From the sequence record SRR20825019_590: a stretch of 37,745 bases of DNA. The stretch is one strand, 5' to 3'. Shown here piece by piece: positions 17,973 through 28,790 of this stretch. How positions within the stretch are numbered: position 1 is the stretch's first letter; every line of letters begins with the position of its first letter. The translations under genes were made by a program, and so were the position numbers. The notes under the pieces were generated by a model, which saw only the letters and a list, made by a program, of their open reading frames with translations, was not told the DNA's origin and searched no databases.

Positions 17973-19829
17973 ATGGCAGACGGCAGCCAAAAACCGAAAG
18001 AGACGTTCGAGCACGCACTTGCCGCCACCACCCGTGCGGTGGCGCAGGACAAGGCGCTCGATGTCAAATTCACGGCTGACGTGCCCGGCCTTGTGGCGGG
18101 CGAGATGCGCGTGCCACACCTACCACACAAGGTGCGAGCCCAGGATGTGGCTGAGGTGCGCGGCATTGCAGACAGCTTTGCCCTCAAGCATCGGCATCAT
18201 GACCCGAAACTTCACAGCAAGCTTTCCCCATCCGGTGCGATTGGCCGTGCAATCTTTGATGCGGTTGAGCAGGCGCGTTTTGAGGCCATTGGCGCAAGGG
18301 CTATGTCTGGCGTTAAAGCAAACCTTGGGGCCTTGACGGAGAAACGGGCGCTTGAAGCAGGGCTTTCACGCCCGACGGATGATGAAGCTGGTCGCCTTGC
18401 TTCTGTGCTTGGCCTTCTGGTGCGCGAGCGGCTTACGGGCGCGCAGCCACCAGAGAGCGCAGTTGTTGCGGTTGAGAGCCAGCGCAAGTGGTTAGAGGAA
18501 AGTGTTGGCCACCTTCTTGATAGCCTTGAAGGTAAAGTTGAAGACCAGAAAGGCTTGTCGGTCATCAGCCGCAGCATCATTGCCGAGCTCATTGGCGATG
18601 GCGACGGCGAAAAACGGGATCGCGAGGAAGAAGACCAACCGGAAGAGGGCGACGGCAACGCGCCAGACAGCCCGGATGGTGACCCGGGCGATGATGGTGA
18701 CGGCGAAGCCGACGGCGCTGAAAGCTCGGACGACAGTGAAGGCGAAACCGCTGATGATGACGCTTCTTCTGATGCTGCCATGGAAGAGATGGAAGACAGC
18801 GATGCCGACGCGGGCGAGGGTAAACATGAGGGTACTATTCCGTGGCGCCCCAACCGCCCGCTTGATCATCTGCCGGACACGCCCTTCTATCAGGTTTTCA
18901 CTGAAGAATTTGACGAAGTCCTGAAAGCCGAGGAGCTTTGCGACCTTGAAGAGCTGGAGCGGCTGAGGAAATATCTCGATCAGCAGATGGCGCACCTCTC
19001 AGGCGCCGTTTCAAAACTTGCAAACCGGCTGCAGCGCCGGTTGCTGGCCCAGCAGCGTCGCCATTGGCAGTTTGATTTGGAAGAAGGCATATTGGACGCA
19101 GGGCGGCTCGCACGTGTGGTCTCTAGCCCTACCAAGCCGCTTTCTTACAAGCTTGAGAGCGAAACCGAGTTCAAGGATACGGTGGTAACACTGCTTCTGG
19201 ATAACTCCGGCTCCATGCGGGGCAGGCCGATCTCGATTGCGGCTATTTCCGCCGACATTCTCGCCCGCACACTTGAGCGTTGCGGCGTGAAGGTCGAAAT
19301 CCTTGGCTTCACGACCAAAGCCTGGAAGGGCGGACAATCGCGCGAGAAATGGCTGCAGGATGGACGACCAAAAGCGCCGGGCCGGCTCAATGACCTGAGG
19401 CATATCATCTATAAAACCGGCGATGCGCCATGGCGCCGGTCCCGCCGTAATCTGGGCCTGATGATGCGCGAAGGTTTGCTCAAGGAAAATATCGACGGTG
19501 AAGCCCTTCTCTGGGCCCATAACCGCTTGATGGCGCGCGCGGAAGAACGCCGTATCCTGATGGTGATATCGGATGGTGCACCGGTGGATGACAGCACTTT
19601 GAGTGTCAATTCAGGCGTTTATCTTGAAAACCATCTGCGTCAGGTCATCAAATGGATTGAAGAACGTTCGCCCGTGGAACTGATCGCCATCGGTATCGGG
19701 CATGATGTTACCCGCTACTACAAGCGAGCTGTCACCATCCTTGATGCAGAACAGCTTGGCGGTGCCATGACAGAGCAGCTGGCGTCTCTATTCGAGGAAG
19801 CCGTGCCAACACCAAGGCGACTTGGATAA
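17973..19829 (+). CDS. cobT: Cobaltochelatase subunit CobT (acidic linker plus vWA domain)
   Basis: [19 protein letters not shown] motif, [19 protein letters not shown]; acidic spacer; directly follows cobS. Confidence 0.95.
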   Translation: MADGSQKPKETFEHALAATTRAVAQDKALDVKFTADVPGLVAGEMRVPHLPHKVRAQDVAEVRGIADSFALKHRHHDPKLHSKLSPSGAIGRAIFDAVEQARFEAIGARAMSGVKANLGALTEKRALEAGLSRPTDDEAGRLASVLGLLVRERLTGAQPPESAVVAVESQRKWLEESVGHLLDSLEGKVEDQKGLSVISRSIIAELIGDGDGEKRDREEEDQPEEGDGNAPDSPDGDPGDDGDGEADGAESSDDSEGETADDDASSDAAMEEMEDSDADAGEGKHEGTIPWRPNRPLDHLPDTPFYQVFTEEFDEVLKAEELCDLEELERLRKYLDQQMAHLSGAVSKLANRLQRRLLAQQRRHWQFDLEEGILDAGRLARVVSSPTKPLSYKLESETEFKDTVVTLLLDNSGSMRGRPISIAAISADILARTLERCGVKVEILGFTTKAWKGGQSREKWLQDGRPKAPGRLNDLRHIIYKTGDAPWRRSRRNLGLMMREGLLKENIDGEALLWAHNRLMARAEERRILMVISDGAPVDDSTLSVNSGVYLENHLRQVIKWIEERSPVELIAIGIGHDVTRYYKRAVTILDAEQLGGAMTEQLASLFEEAVPTPRRLG

Positions 19830-19835
19830 CATCTG

Positions 19836-20831
19836 ATGATCATGCGGCATCCCCGGAAAATTTCGTTTGCGCTGGTGTCGGCAGTGGCGCTGGCAGCATT
19901 CGCAACCTACCAGAATTTGGCTGGCAACAAGCCGTCGCACCCGCTTGCGGGGCCAACGGAAATCACGGTCACAGCAAAAGCGGTTCCCCTTAACCCGGAG
20001 GACCTGAGCCTGAACCACGCGGGAAAACTGCGTTACCTGGCGGGGTGGTCTCTCACGGCTGATAATGAAAATTTTGGTGGTTTTTCAGGCCTCGTGGCGG
20101 ATGACGCGAGCCTGATGGCCATCAGTGATCGCGGTGACTGGTTCTCAGCGGATATGGATTGGGGACGGAAAGCACCCTTTCTTTCTGCCGTCATGCGGCC
20201 TTTTGATAGCAAGGCCCAGGACCACAGCAAAAAAGGGCTTGATGCGGAAAGCCTGATCCGCTTCGAAGGCGGCTATTTGGTGGCTTTTGAAAGCTACCAC
20301 AGGCTGCTGGCCGTGGCGGCGGACGGTGACATCACATTCCTGCTTCACAATAAGCATTTGGATTTCCGGGGCTTGGCCACAAATGGTGGAGTGGAGGCGA
20401 TCACCTCGGTTGAGGGCGGCATTCTGACGTTAGTTGAAGGCGGCCTTGATACACGCGGCAGGTTGCGGGGCTGGATTGCCCGCGAAGACGGTGCCGACGA
20501 TATCTACTTCAAACCGCCGCTAAATTTTTCCCCAACCGATGCGGCGACGCTGAAGAATGGCGATGTTCTATTGTTGCTCCGGCGGTTTTCCCTTCTCAGC
20601 GGGGTTGCGGCCAAACTTGTGCGCATCAAGGCGGAGGATATCAAACCGGGCGCTACCCTTGTTGGTGAAGAGCTGTTGCATCTTGAGCCACCCTATACGG
20701 TGGATAATATGGAAGGCTTGGACGTGATTGAGGCCGATGGCCAGCCAACACGGATCATCATGATCTCTGACGACAATTTTCGCGCCAGCCAGCGCACGCT
20801 TCTTCTTGTGTTTAGCCTAGATGTAGCCTAA
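19836..20831 (+). CDS. Esterase-like activity of phytase family protein
   Basis: FGGFSGL, AISDRG, DAESL, NGGVEA, DNMEGL, ISDDNF...QRTLL; usual neighbour of cobT. Confidence 0.88.
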   Translation: MIMRHPRKISFALVSAVALAAFATYQNLAGNKPSHPLAGPTEITVTAKAVPLNPEDLSLNHAGKLRYLAGWSLTADNENFGGFSGLVADDASLMAISDRGDWFSADMDWGRKAPFLSAVMRPFDSKAQDHSKKGLDAESLIRFEGGYLVAFESYHRLLAVAADGDITFLLHNKHLDFRGLATNGGVEAITSVEGGILTLVEGGLDTRGRLRGWIAREDGADDIYFKPPLNFSPTDAATLKNGDVLLLLRRFSLLSGVAAKLVRIKAEDIKPGATLVGEELLHLEPPYTVDNMEGLDVIEADGQPTRIIMISDDNFRASQRTLLLVFSLDVA

Positions 20832-20840
20832 TCAAACGGC

Positions 20841-21734
20841 ATGGATACTGCGAAAAATACAGAGATCAATCATTTGGTCCAGAAGGCTGAAGCTCTTCTG
20901 CAGGATGAGGCCGTCGATGAGGCTCATGCGCTGATTACAAGCGCGCTTGACGATTATGATCATGTGCGGCTTTGGCGGTTCCTCCGCCGTATTTTGCTGA
21001 TGCAGGGTGACGAACAAGCTGCCCACGAGTTGATGGCGCGTATCATCGAGCATGTGAAAGGCCCAACACCGGGAGAGCTTGCGCTCGCCAAATCGAACCG
21101 GTCAGCCTTTACGAGCGTGAGTGATCACAAGATACTTTATCTCCATGTCCCGAAATGCGGCTCCACCACGATCAAGGATATGCTCTACCATATCCTGACA
21201 GGTGAGCGAGCTGAGGGGCATTCTCATACGCTGGTGTCAAAACACGCGCCTTACGCGTTTGAAGACCGTACGCGGTTGCATGAAACCCATGCAAACTGGT
21301 TCAAGTTTCTCGTGGTGCGGGACCCAATCTCACGGCTCCGGTCCTACTACCGCTTCAATCTCGTGTTCACCAATGACCTGTCAAAAGAAGTCATGGGGCG
21401 AGAGACCTACTTGGGGCTCAAGCTGCAACCCAGCTATGACGAGTTTCTCGCAAACCTTACCCGGTACCGCCAAGTGTTCCGCACGCTTCGTGCTCATACT
21501 AATGGCATCGCTGATATCGCAGGTGCAGACGCCAGCATTTTTGACTGGATCGGTCCGGTGAAGGAGATGGACAGTTTGCGGTTAAAACTGTCAGAAAAAG
21601 TGGGCGTGGATATTCCTGCTATTCATAACTTCCGCTCCAAAGACATGGCGAAGATCGAACCGAGTGATGCGCTGGAAGAAGAAGCTCGTGCGCGGTATGC
21701 GCGTGACTATGAGGCTTACGGCACCTATTTCTAG
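20841..21734 (+). CDS. Sulfotransferase family 2 protein with N-terminal helical (TPR-like) segment
   Basis: YLHVPKCGSTT (5'-PAPS-binding loop), F.VVRDPISRLRSYY (3'-PB motif), C-terminal Y.RDYE.YG. Confidence 0.82.
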   Translation: MDTAKNTEINHLVQKAEALLQDEAVDEAHALITSALDDYDHVRLWRFLRRILLMQGDEQAAHELMARIIEHVKGPTPGELALAKSNRSAFTSVSDHKILYLHVPKCGSTTIKDMLYHILTGERAEGHSHTLVSKHAPYAFEDRTRLHETHANWFKFLVVRDPISRLRSYYRFNLVFTNDLSKEVMGRETYLGLKLQPSYDEFLANLTRYRQVFRTLRAHTNGIADIAGADASIFDWIGPVKEMDSLRLKLSEKVGVDIPAIHNFRSKDMAKIEPSDALEEEARARYARDYEAYGTYF

Positions 21735-21763
21735 CGGGCGTGAATGGCCCAACTCTCGCCAAT

Positions 21764-21796
21764 AAAAAACGCCGCAGCGATGTGCTGCGACGTTTT
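21764..21796 (-). terminator. Intrinsic terminator of rpmB (probably bidirectional)
   Basis: Minus strand CGTCGCAGC-ACATC-GCTGCGGCG followed by TTTTTT. Confidence 0.82.
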
Positions 21797-21840
21797 CCGA
21801 AACTTTTGCTTCCCGCACCTGAGGCGGGTTGCCCCGGGCT

Positions 21841-22134
21841 TTATGCCTTGGCAGCAGCCTGTTTCTTTTTGATTTCCCGCTTCAGCTTCTGAGCGTTAGC
21901 CGACAGATCGGTGTCGCGAGCTTTCAGGAGGAAATTATCGAGACCATCGTTGTGCTCAACAGAGCGCAGCGCGTGCGTAGAAATACGCAGGCTGACAGAA
22001 CGACCGAGGGTATCGGAAATCAGGGTTGCTTTGGTCAGGTTTGGCAAGAAACGGCGACGGGTTTTGTTGTGTGCGTGAGACACGTTATTACCCGCCATTA
22101 CCCGTTTGCCAGTCAGTTCACATACGCGCGACAT
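21841..22134 (-). CDS. rpmB: 50S ribosomal protein L28
   Basis: [10 protein letters not shown]...[19 protein letters not shown]; true ATG at 22134 after an AAGGA RBS. Confidence 0.98.
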   Translation of the reverse strand: MSRVCELTGKRVMAGNNVSHAHNKTRRRFLPNLTKATLISDTLGRSVSLRISTHALRSVEHNDGLDNFLLKARDTDLSANAQKLKREIKKKQAAAKA

Positions 22135-22228
22135 GTTCGTTATCCTTGTTTTTCTGCCGAGGTCATCGCCCCGGGAATCTTTATGGTCCATGTTCGCTAA
22201 AGACCGGATTCGGCAATAGCTGGCGCGG

Positions 22229-22257
22229 TGAGTAGACGATTCGCCTCCCATGGTCAA
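22229..22257 (-). promoter_or_regulatory. Sigma70-type promoter of rpmB
   Basis: Minus strand TTGACC, 17 nt, TACTCA. Confidence 0.6.
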
Positions 22258-22303
22258 GCTTTTTGACTCGTGCGACGCAGCATTTGTGCGGCTTTGCGCC
22301 GGT

Positions 22304-24064
22304 TTACTCTTCCCGGTTCAGGCTTTCAAGGAGGATGGGGCGGTGGGCGCCGAAGTTGGCGGCACGCTCCAGAAGCCGACCAACACCGACCAACTGGTCT
22401 TCCCGGAACATGTTACCCCACAGCGTAAAGCCGTATGGCACACGGCGTTCAAAGCCGAGCTTTTTATCCTCTGTGCCTGTCAGCGGAAAGGTCTGGCGTT
22501 TGATAAGTCCCAGCGGCAGCGAAAGGCTCGGATGCCCGGTATAATTGGTGATCACCAGCATATCGCCTGCGAAGTTGGGGCAGGCGAACATATCCACCTG
22601 CTCGAACATACCGTGCATCATCTCCATCACCTGACGGCGGAATCGGTCCAGCTGGACATATTCGATGGCGCTGTGGAAGCGCGCGGCGCGCAAGGTGTTG
22701 GGCCAGGCCTTGTCGCCTTGCCACATAAGTTTGTCGTCGTCGTCTGACAGGGTCAGCTCCTCAAACGTGGCGGCGGCCTCAACCTCTACTGTTGTGAGCA
22801 GGGTAGAGTAAGGCAGTTTTGGCAGCGAAATTTCCACCAGCGTGAAGCCCATGCCCTTGAGCTGGTCAAGGACCTGCCGGTCAAGGTCGGTGGCATCCTC
22901 GCCAGTGAACCATTTGGGGTCATACCCTATCTTTATATCTCCGGCGGTGGCGGAGTTGCCGTCATAAGCGAAGCCCCAGTCCAGCGAACCGGGATCACCG
23001 CCATCATGGCCGTTGATAGCGTCCAGCACCAACGCGGTGTCCTCGACACTCCGGCAGATCGGGCCGATTTTATCCAGGCTCCAGCACAGAGACATGGCGC
23101 CTGTGCGGGGCACGCGGCCAAACGTGGGCCTCAGCCCTACGGCGCCGCAGCGTGTTGAGGGTGAGATGATGGACCCCATGGTTTCGGTACCGATGGCGAA
23201 GCTGCATAGTCCGGCAACAGTGGCGGAGGCGGAGCCCGCGCTGGAGCCGGATGCACCCTCATTCATGTTCCAGGGGTTGCGCACAACGCCGCCAAACCAC
23301 AGGTCGCCATAGGCAAGAGCGCCCAGAGCGACTTTACCGAGAAGCACGGCGCCAGCATCGCGTAGCCGCTTTGTTACAGCCGCATCATTTTCTGCCGTGC
23401 GGTCCTGATAGGGAGCGGCGCCCCAGGTTGTCTTGATGCCTTTGGTATCGATGATATCTTTCATCCCAAACGGGATACCGTGCAGTGGCCCCCGATAGCG
23501 GCCTGAGCGTATTTCTACATCGGCTTCCCACGCCTGCTCGCGCGCGACCGCCTCGGTGACGGTGATGAAGCACCTGAGCTTTGGGTCAAGCCGTTTGATA
23601 CGCGACAGATAGATGTCCGTCAGGCGGCTTGAGGTCAGAAGCCCGTTTTTGATCCAGTATGCCTGAGCATGTACGGGGGCGAAGGCAATAGCTTCATCAC
23701 TGGGCAGTGGCCCCGGTTCTCCTGACGCCAGTCGGACACCGCCTGATTGCACAACATAGGTTTTGCCGGGCAGACGCGGGTCAAACGCCATGGCGGGTGC
23801 GTCCGAGTTTTTTAGCTCCACGCCTGTACGTCGTCGGCGTAGGCGATCGAGCATGTCTTCAAGCTCGTCGAGGATCATGGCGCGCTCGTCAGGCGTATAT
23901 TTCACGCCCGCGATACGCTCGGCAATGGCTAGGTCACCAGGTGTTTTGACAGGTGGGTTAGGCGTTTCGGGCGTGTAGGCATAGGCCGCTCTCGCCGCCG
24001 CAATACCACCTAATATGCCCGCACCTTTAAGGATCTGTCGCCTGTCCATTCCAAGTTTAGCCAT
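22304..24064 (-). CDS. Tat-exported amidase (amidase signature family)
   Basis: Twin-arginine signal [33 protein letters not shown] (Ser-cisSer-Lys triad). Confidence 0.92.
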   Translation of the reverse strand: MAKLGMDRRQILKGAGILGGIAAARAAYAYTPETPNPPVKTPGDLAIAERIAGVKYTPDERAMILDELEDMLDRLRRRRTGVELKNSDAPAMAFDPRLPGKTYVVQSGGVRLASGEPGPLPSDEAIAFAPVHAQAYWIKNGLLTSSRLTDIYLSRIKRLDPKLRCFITVTEAVAREQAWEADVEIRSGRYRGPLHGIPFGMKDIIDTKGIKTTWGAAPYQDRTAENDAAVTKRLRDAGAVLLGKVALGALAYGDLWFGGVVRNPWNMNEGASGSSAGSASATVAGLCSFAIGTETMGSIISPSTRCGAVGLRPTFGRVPRTGAMSLCWSLDKIGPICRSVEDTALVLDAINGHDGGDPGSLDWGFAYDGNSATAGDIKIGYDPKWFTGEDATDLDRQVLDQLKGMGFTLVEISLPKLPYSTLLTTVEVEAAATFEELTLSDDDDKLMWQGDKAWPNTLRAARFHSAIEYVQLDRFRRQVMEMMHGMFEQVDMFACPNFAGDMLVITNYTGHPSLSLPLGLIKRQTFPLTGTEDKKLGFERRVPYGFTLWGNMFREDQLVGVGRLLERAANFGAHRPILLESLNREE

Positions 24065-24158
24065 ACACGCTCCCGTTTAATTATGATTATAGGGTTTCAC
24101 TTTTGAACGGGGAACCGTTATCTAAACCTTCACTATTAAGTTACTGTTAGGCGTTTTT

Positions 24159-27155
24159 ATGGCTGGCATCATCAAGGCGGTTCTTGGCCCCACCAATACG
24201 GGTAAAACCCATTATGCGGTGGAGCGTATGATGGGCTATGCCTCTGGCGTTATGGGCTTTCCGCTTCGGCTGCTTGCACGGGAAGTGTACGACCGTGTTG
24301 TGGCTGTGAAGGGCAAGAACCAGGTGGCGCTTGTCACCGGCGAAGAACGTATAGTGCCGGAAGGCGCGCGCTATTTCCTTTGTACCGCCGAAGCGATGCC
24401 GCGCCATGCGGTCGCTGATTTTATCGCCATCGATGAAGTGCAGATGGCAGCAGACCCGCAACGCGGCCATATTTTCACCGAGCATCTGCTGCATAGCCGG
24501 GGGCGACACGAGACGCTGCTTCTGGGCGCAGAGACGATGCGCAGTGTGCTTATACGCCTGATCCCGGAAATTGAGATTGTCACCCGCCCTCGGTTTTCAG
24601 AGCTGAAGGCCGTGCGCGCGAACAAGCTGTCTCGCCTGCCGCGCCGTAGCGCGGTGGTCGGGTTTTCCTCAGCCGATGTTTACGGCATGGCGGAGCTTAT
24701 CCGTCGCCAGAAGGGCGGCGCCGCGATTGTGATGGGGGCGCTTTCCCCGCGCACCCGCAATGCGCAGGTTGAGATGTATGCGAGCGGTGAGGTTGATCAC
24801 CTTGTGGCAACAGACGCTATCGGCATGGGGCTTAACCTTGATATCGGCCATGTCTCCTTCGCGGGGCTCAGTAAATTTGACGGCCGGACCTATCGTGAGC
24901 TGACAGCCGCCGAGGCTGCGCAGATTGCAGGCCGTGCGGGCCGCTTTAAAAAAGACGGTACGTTTTCCACCCTTTCGGGTGGCGAGCCGATGGACCCGTT
25001 GATGGTCGCGCAGATCGAAGAGCACCAGTTTGAGCCGGTAAAACGGCTGTTCTGGCGGAATCACCGGCTCGATTTTTCCACAATTTCGCGGCTTGTTCGT
25101 TCTCTGGAGCAGCCAGCACGCACAGAAGGCCTTCACCGCACCCGTGATGCCATTGACCTCACGGCACTCAAGAAAATGAGTGCCGATGACGGTATCAGTT
25201 CCCTTGTCACACATGCGGAAGCCGTGGAAAGGCTTTGGAATGTCTGCCAAATTCCCGATTTCCGCAAATTGTCACATGATGATCACATTTCTCTTCTACG
25301 TCGCATCTTTGTTGATCTGATGGGCCCAAAAGGCACAATTCCGCACGATTGGATCGCAAGGCAGGTCAAGCGCCTTGACAATACAAGCGGCGATATAGAT
25401 ACCTTGGCCGGTCGAATTGCCAGTATCCGGATTTGGACTTACGTTTCGCACCGGAAAGGCTGGCTTCAGGATGCTGCCCATTGGGCGCATGTTACGCGCA
25501 GTGTTGAGGACAGGTTGTCCGACGCCCTGCATGAAAAATTAACCCAGCGCTTTGTGGACAGGCGAACGGCTGTTCTGATGCGCTCGCTCAGGCATAGGGG
25601 CGAACTTAGCGTGAGCATTGATGACGAGACAAACCAGGTTTCGGTCGAAGGACACGAAATCGGTGAACTGAATGGATTTTCCTTCCGCGTTGAGCCGGGC
25701 GCAGCCCGTGACGACCAGAAGATGCTCAAGGCAGCGGCAGAAGCAGCACTGCAGGTGGAACTGACCCGCCGTGCAAAGCTGTTTGCCAATGTGGGCTATA
25801 AGACGCTGGCGTTTGATTTCACAGAAGGTCTGGCATACCCGAAGCTTATGTGGGAAGGCGCGCCTATCGCGACCCTGCATGACAGCGGCGCTTTGTTTGC
25901 ACCACGTGTGAAGCTGGTGGCTTCCACGCTGTTGCAGGGCGAGAACGCAGACCTCGTGCGCGATAAAGCACAAGAGTGGCTGGACACGCGTATCGCAGAG
26001 AAGCTCGAACCGCTCTTGAAACTTGCGGGTGAGCTGAACGGAGACACCGAAGCACCTGAAGGTGCGGCACCGCTTTCCGGTCTTGCGCGCGGTGTGGCGT
26101 ATCGCTTGCTGGAGAATTACGGCGTAATCTCCAGAAGCCTTGTGGACGGTGACCTGCGTCAGCTCGACCAGGATGCCCGCAAAGGCCTGCGCCGCTTTGG
26201 CATTCGTATTGGTGCCTCCAGCCTTTATATCCCCGTTATCCTCAAGCCGCATGCCAATGAGCTCAGGCTGATGATGTGGGCGATGGCTGGCAAGCTGACC
26301 GCTCTTCCAAGCCTGCCAACACCGGGCATGGTGTGGGTGGAGACGGAAGAGACAGCACCGCGTGAGTTTTACGAGATGGCCGGTTTCCAGGTGTGCGGCA
26401 AAAAAGCGGTACGTATGGATATGCTTGAGCGCCTTGCTGATGCTGTACGCCCGATGGGCCAAGGCAGTGGCTGGTTTGAAGTAACACCTGAGATTATGGG
26501 CCTTGTTGGCCTTTCCGGTGAAGACTTTGCCGAGGTGATGCAGGCTGCGGGCTACAAACACGAAGTGCGCAAAGTACCAGCGGCACCGAAGGTGGAAGAA
26601 AAGCCTGAAGCGGAAGAAGCCAATGCAGACGATGCGGCGCAGGAGGCTACTCCAGCAGAGGCTGCGCCGGAAGCTACACCAGAAACTGCAGAGGAAACTG
26701 CTCCTGCCGCAGAGCCTGAGGTTGATGCTGAAGAAGCTGCACCTGCTGAAGCCGTGGTTGAGGCAGATGCACCTGAAGCACCTAAACCATCAGAAGCTGA
26801 AGCCCAAGAGAGCGACGCGACAGAGGGTGATTCTGCAGAGGAAGAGCTTGTAGAGCGTTACTTTTTCTCATGGGCGCCCAAGCGCAAAGCCCGCCCGCAA
26901 GGCGAAGGCCGCAAGGGTGGCAAGCCGCAAGGGAAAGCTTTTGCCCAAAATGGCGCCAAAGGCGGCGAACATGGGGACAAGTCAGATCGTCCGCGTGGTA
27001 AAGGTCCGGGTAAAGGCCCAAAAGGCAAGGGTGGCAAGCCGCAAGGCCAGCGTGTGCATACGGCGCGCCCACCTCGCCGCGAAAAACAGGCCGACCCAGA
27101 CTCGCCTTTTGCAGCACTTGCAGGCCTTAAAGAGACCCTGCAAAAAAAGAAATAG
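24159..27155 (+). CDS. SUV3-like superfamily-2 helicase (MgpS-type)
   Basis: LGPTNTGKT, PLRLLAREVY, IDEVQ, ATDAIGMGLN, QIAGRAGR; C-terminal DPDSPFAALA.LK. Confidence 0.92.
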   Translation: MAGIIKAVLGPTNTGKTHYAVERMMGYASGVMGFPLRLLAREVYDRVVAVKGKNQVALVTGEERIVPEGARYFLCTAEAMPRHAVADFIAIDEVQMAADPQRGHIFTEHLLHSRGRHETLLLGAETMRSVLIRLIPEIEIVTRPRFSELKAVRANKLSRLPRRSAVVGFSSADVYGMAELIRRQKGGAAIVMGALSPRTRNAQVEMYASGEVDHLVATDAIGMGLNLDIGHVSFAGLSKFDGRTYRELTAAEAAQIAGRAGRFKKDGTFSTLSGGEPMDPLMVAQIEEHQFEPVKRLFWRNHRLDFSTISRLVRSLEQPARTEGLHRTRDAIDLTALKKMSADDGISSLVTHAEAVERLWNVCQIPDFRKLSHDDHISLLRRIFVDLMGPKGTIPHDWIARQVKRLDNTSGDIDTLAGRIASIRIWTYVSHRKGWLQDAAHWAHVTRSVEDRLSDALHEKLTQRFVDRRTAVLMRSLRHRGELSVSIDDETNQVSVEGHEIGELNGFSFRVEPGAARDDQKMLKAAAEAALQVELTRRAKLFANVGYKTLAFDFTEGLAYPKLMWEGAPIATLHDSGALFAPRVKLVASTLLQGENADLVRDKAQEWLDTRIAEKLEPLLKLAGELNGDTEAPEGAAPLSGLARGVAYRLLENYGVISRSLVDGDLRQLDQDARKGLRRFGIRIGASSLYIPVILKPHANELRLMMWAMAGKLTALPSLPTPGMVWVETEETAPREFYEMAGFQVCGKKAVRMDMLERLADAVRPMGQGSGWFEVTPEIMGLVGLSGEDFAEVMQAAGYKHEVRKVPAAPKVEEKPEAEEANADDAAQEATPAEAAPEATPETAEETAPAAEPEVDAEEAAPAEAVVEADAPEAPKPSEAEAQESDATEGDSAEEELVERYFFSWAPKRKARPQGEGRKGGKPQGKAFAQNGAKGGEHGDKSDRPRGKGPGKGPKGKGGKPQGQRVHTARPPRREKQADPDSPFAALAGLKETLQKKK

Positions 27156-27164
27156 CAGCCTCTG

Positions 27165-27563
27165 ATGGCTGAAAATCTCGAGACCGGGCAGATCAGGCTG
27201 GATAAATGGCTCTGGCATGCCCGGTTTTTCAAGTCCCGCTCCATCGCCAGCACCGTTTGCAAGGCACGCAAGGTTCGCGTGGATGGCACCGTTGTTTCCA
27301 AGGCGTCCGCTACTGTGAAGGCGGGGCAGGTGCTGACCTTCCCGCAAGGCCCCCATATCCGCGTGGTGAAAATCCTCGCGCTTGGCACGCGCCGCGGCCC
27401 GGCCGCGGAGGCGCAAACACTTTATGACGACCTCTCCCCCATTGAGGATCAGAAGAAGGAGCTGGCGGAAGAGAAGAGGACAGCGCCCGCCCTCAGGGAC
27501 GCAGGCGCAGGCCGCCCCACCAAAGCAGAGCGCCGCGCTATCGATAAGCTGATGGACCGTTAG
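27165..27563 (+). CDS. hslR: RNA-binding S4 domain protein (ribosome-associated heat-shock protein Hsp15)
   Basis: RLDKWLWHARFFKSRS, RRGPAAEAQTLY, GRPTKAERR. Confidence 0.92.
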   Translation: MAENLETGQIRLDKWLWHARFFKSRSIASTVCKARKVRVDGTVVSKASATVKAGQVLTFPQGPHIRVVKILALGTRRGPAAEAQTLYDDLSPIEDQKKELAEEKRTAPALRDAGAGRPTKAERRAIDKLMDR

Positions 27564-27565
27564 CT

Positions 27566-27805
27566 TTAGTCTGAACGGTGTTTCATTAACTGAGGTCCAT
27601 CGTATTTGGTCCAGCTGTTTGTCGGAACCTGATAGTCTTCCTCGCATATCTCCATTGCTGTTTTTAGATCATCTGCCAGATAATCTTTTTCAGGAAACAG
27701 AGAGTCTTTGAATTTATACAGGAAGATGTATGTACCCTCTGGTTGCGCTTCAACAACCAAGTGAGAGTAGTTCGAAGATGTGGTGTATGAAATAAGTTGT
27801 GTCAC
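27566..27805 (-). CDS. Small hypothetical protein (AT-rich insert)
   Basis: 79-aa ORF; its start overlaps the stop of the upstream ORF by 4 nt; fills an otherwise empty gap. Confidence 0.6.
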   Translation of the reverse strand: MTQLISYTTSSNYSHLVVEAQPEGTYIFLYKFKDSLFPEKDYLADDLKTAMEICEEDYQVPTNSWTKYDGPQLMKHRSD

Positions 27806-28146
27806 AATTTGTCCCGACTGAAATAACCAGCATTACGGAGCGACAGCTGAAATCCATGCATTCCAAGATATACAGCGGGGATGTCTGCGAACAATCCCGC
27901 GATATATACCCAGCCTAAGTCCGCTTCTATGTGGAAGTGGCTACCGGCAACCCAGACAGCCCCACCGGGCATTATCAAAAGGAATGCTGCAACAATGAGC
28001 CATAATGCCATAGCCATGGTGAGTCTTATCATCTTCAGTCCTATGATTTTTGTCCAAATCAAAGCGCGGGAGTAAAGCCGAGCCACCGCGTAGCAAACGA
28101 AGCATTGGAAAACGAACAAAAGGCATAAAACGAGTATCTCAAACAA
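27802..28146 (-). CDS. Hypothetical membrane protein with about 3 TM segments (AT-rich insert)
   Basis: Three hydrophobic stretches; TTG start; coupled to the downstream ORF. Confidence 0.6.
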   Translation of the reverse strand: MFEILVLCLLFVFQCFVCYAVARLYSRALIWTKIIGLKMIRLTMAMALWLIVAAFLLIMPGGAVWVAGSHFHIEADLGWVYIAGLFADIPAVYLGMHGFQLSLRNAGYFSRDKL

Positions 28147-28345
28147 GGCTCTGGTCTTCTAATTGGTAAAAAGAAAAGATTTACCCACCTTCAGTGTCAT
28201 ACAGTGATGGCTGATGAGCAAGCCAAACAATTTGTGCACATAAGAATCTCTTGCATATAAAGCCGTTGCCCAAGGCCGCGCTTTTCGGCATAAAGCCAAT
28301 GAAAGAACCACGAGTTTACAGGTTTGCGGAATAAAGGAGACGCCC

Positions 28346-28681
28346 ATGACCTATGTCGTCACTGAGGCATGCATCAAATGTAAATATATGGACTGTGTTG
28401 AGGTTTGTCCGGTTGACTGTTTTTACGAAGGTGAAAACATGCTGGTGATCAACCCGAACGAATGCATTGACTGCGGCGTGTGCGAACCTGAATGCCCGGC
28501 CGAAGCAATCCTGCCTGATACGGAAGACGGCATGGAAGAATGGCTCGAGCTGAACACCAAATATTCGGAAGAATGGCCAAACATCACCGCGAAGGGCGAG
28601 CAGCCCGCTGACGCGGATGACTGGAAAGGCAAAGAAGGCAAGATGGAGTACTTCTCTGACAAGCCAGGCGAAAGCAACTAA
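28346..28681 (+). CDS. fdxA: 7Fe ferredoxin FdxA
   Basis: [18 protein letters not shown]...[21 protein letters not shown]. Confidence 0.97.
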   Translation: MTYVVTEACIKCKYMDCVEVCPVDCFYEGENMLVINPNECIDCGVCEPECPAEAILPDTEDGMEEWLELNTKYSEEWPNITAKGEQPADADDWKGKEGKMEYFSDKPGESN

Positions 28682-28761
28682 GCCGCGCAGTACACGGTTT
28701 CTGGGGCTTTTAGGGGCTTCCGCGCACAATATTATTGCTTTTGCATCAATTGCTTAATTTG

Positions 28762-28790
28762 AAAACCGGGCTGAATGGCCCGGTTTTTTT
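28762..28790 (+). terminator. Intrinsic terminator after fdxA
   Basis: AAAACCGGGC-TGAATG-GCCCGGTTTTTTT. Confidence 0.85.
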
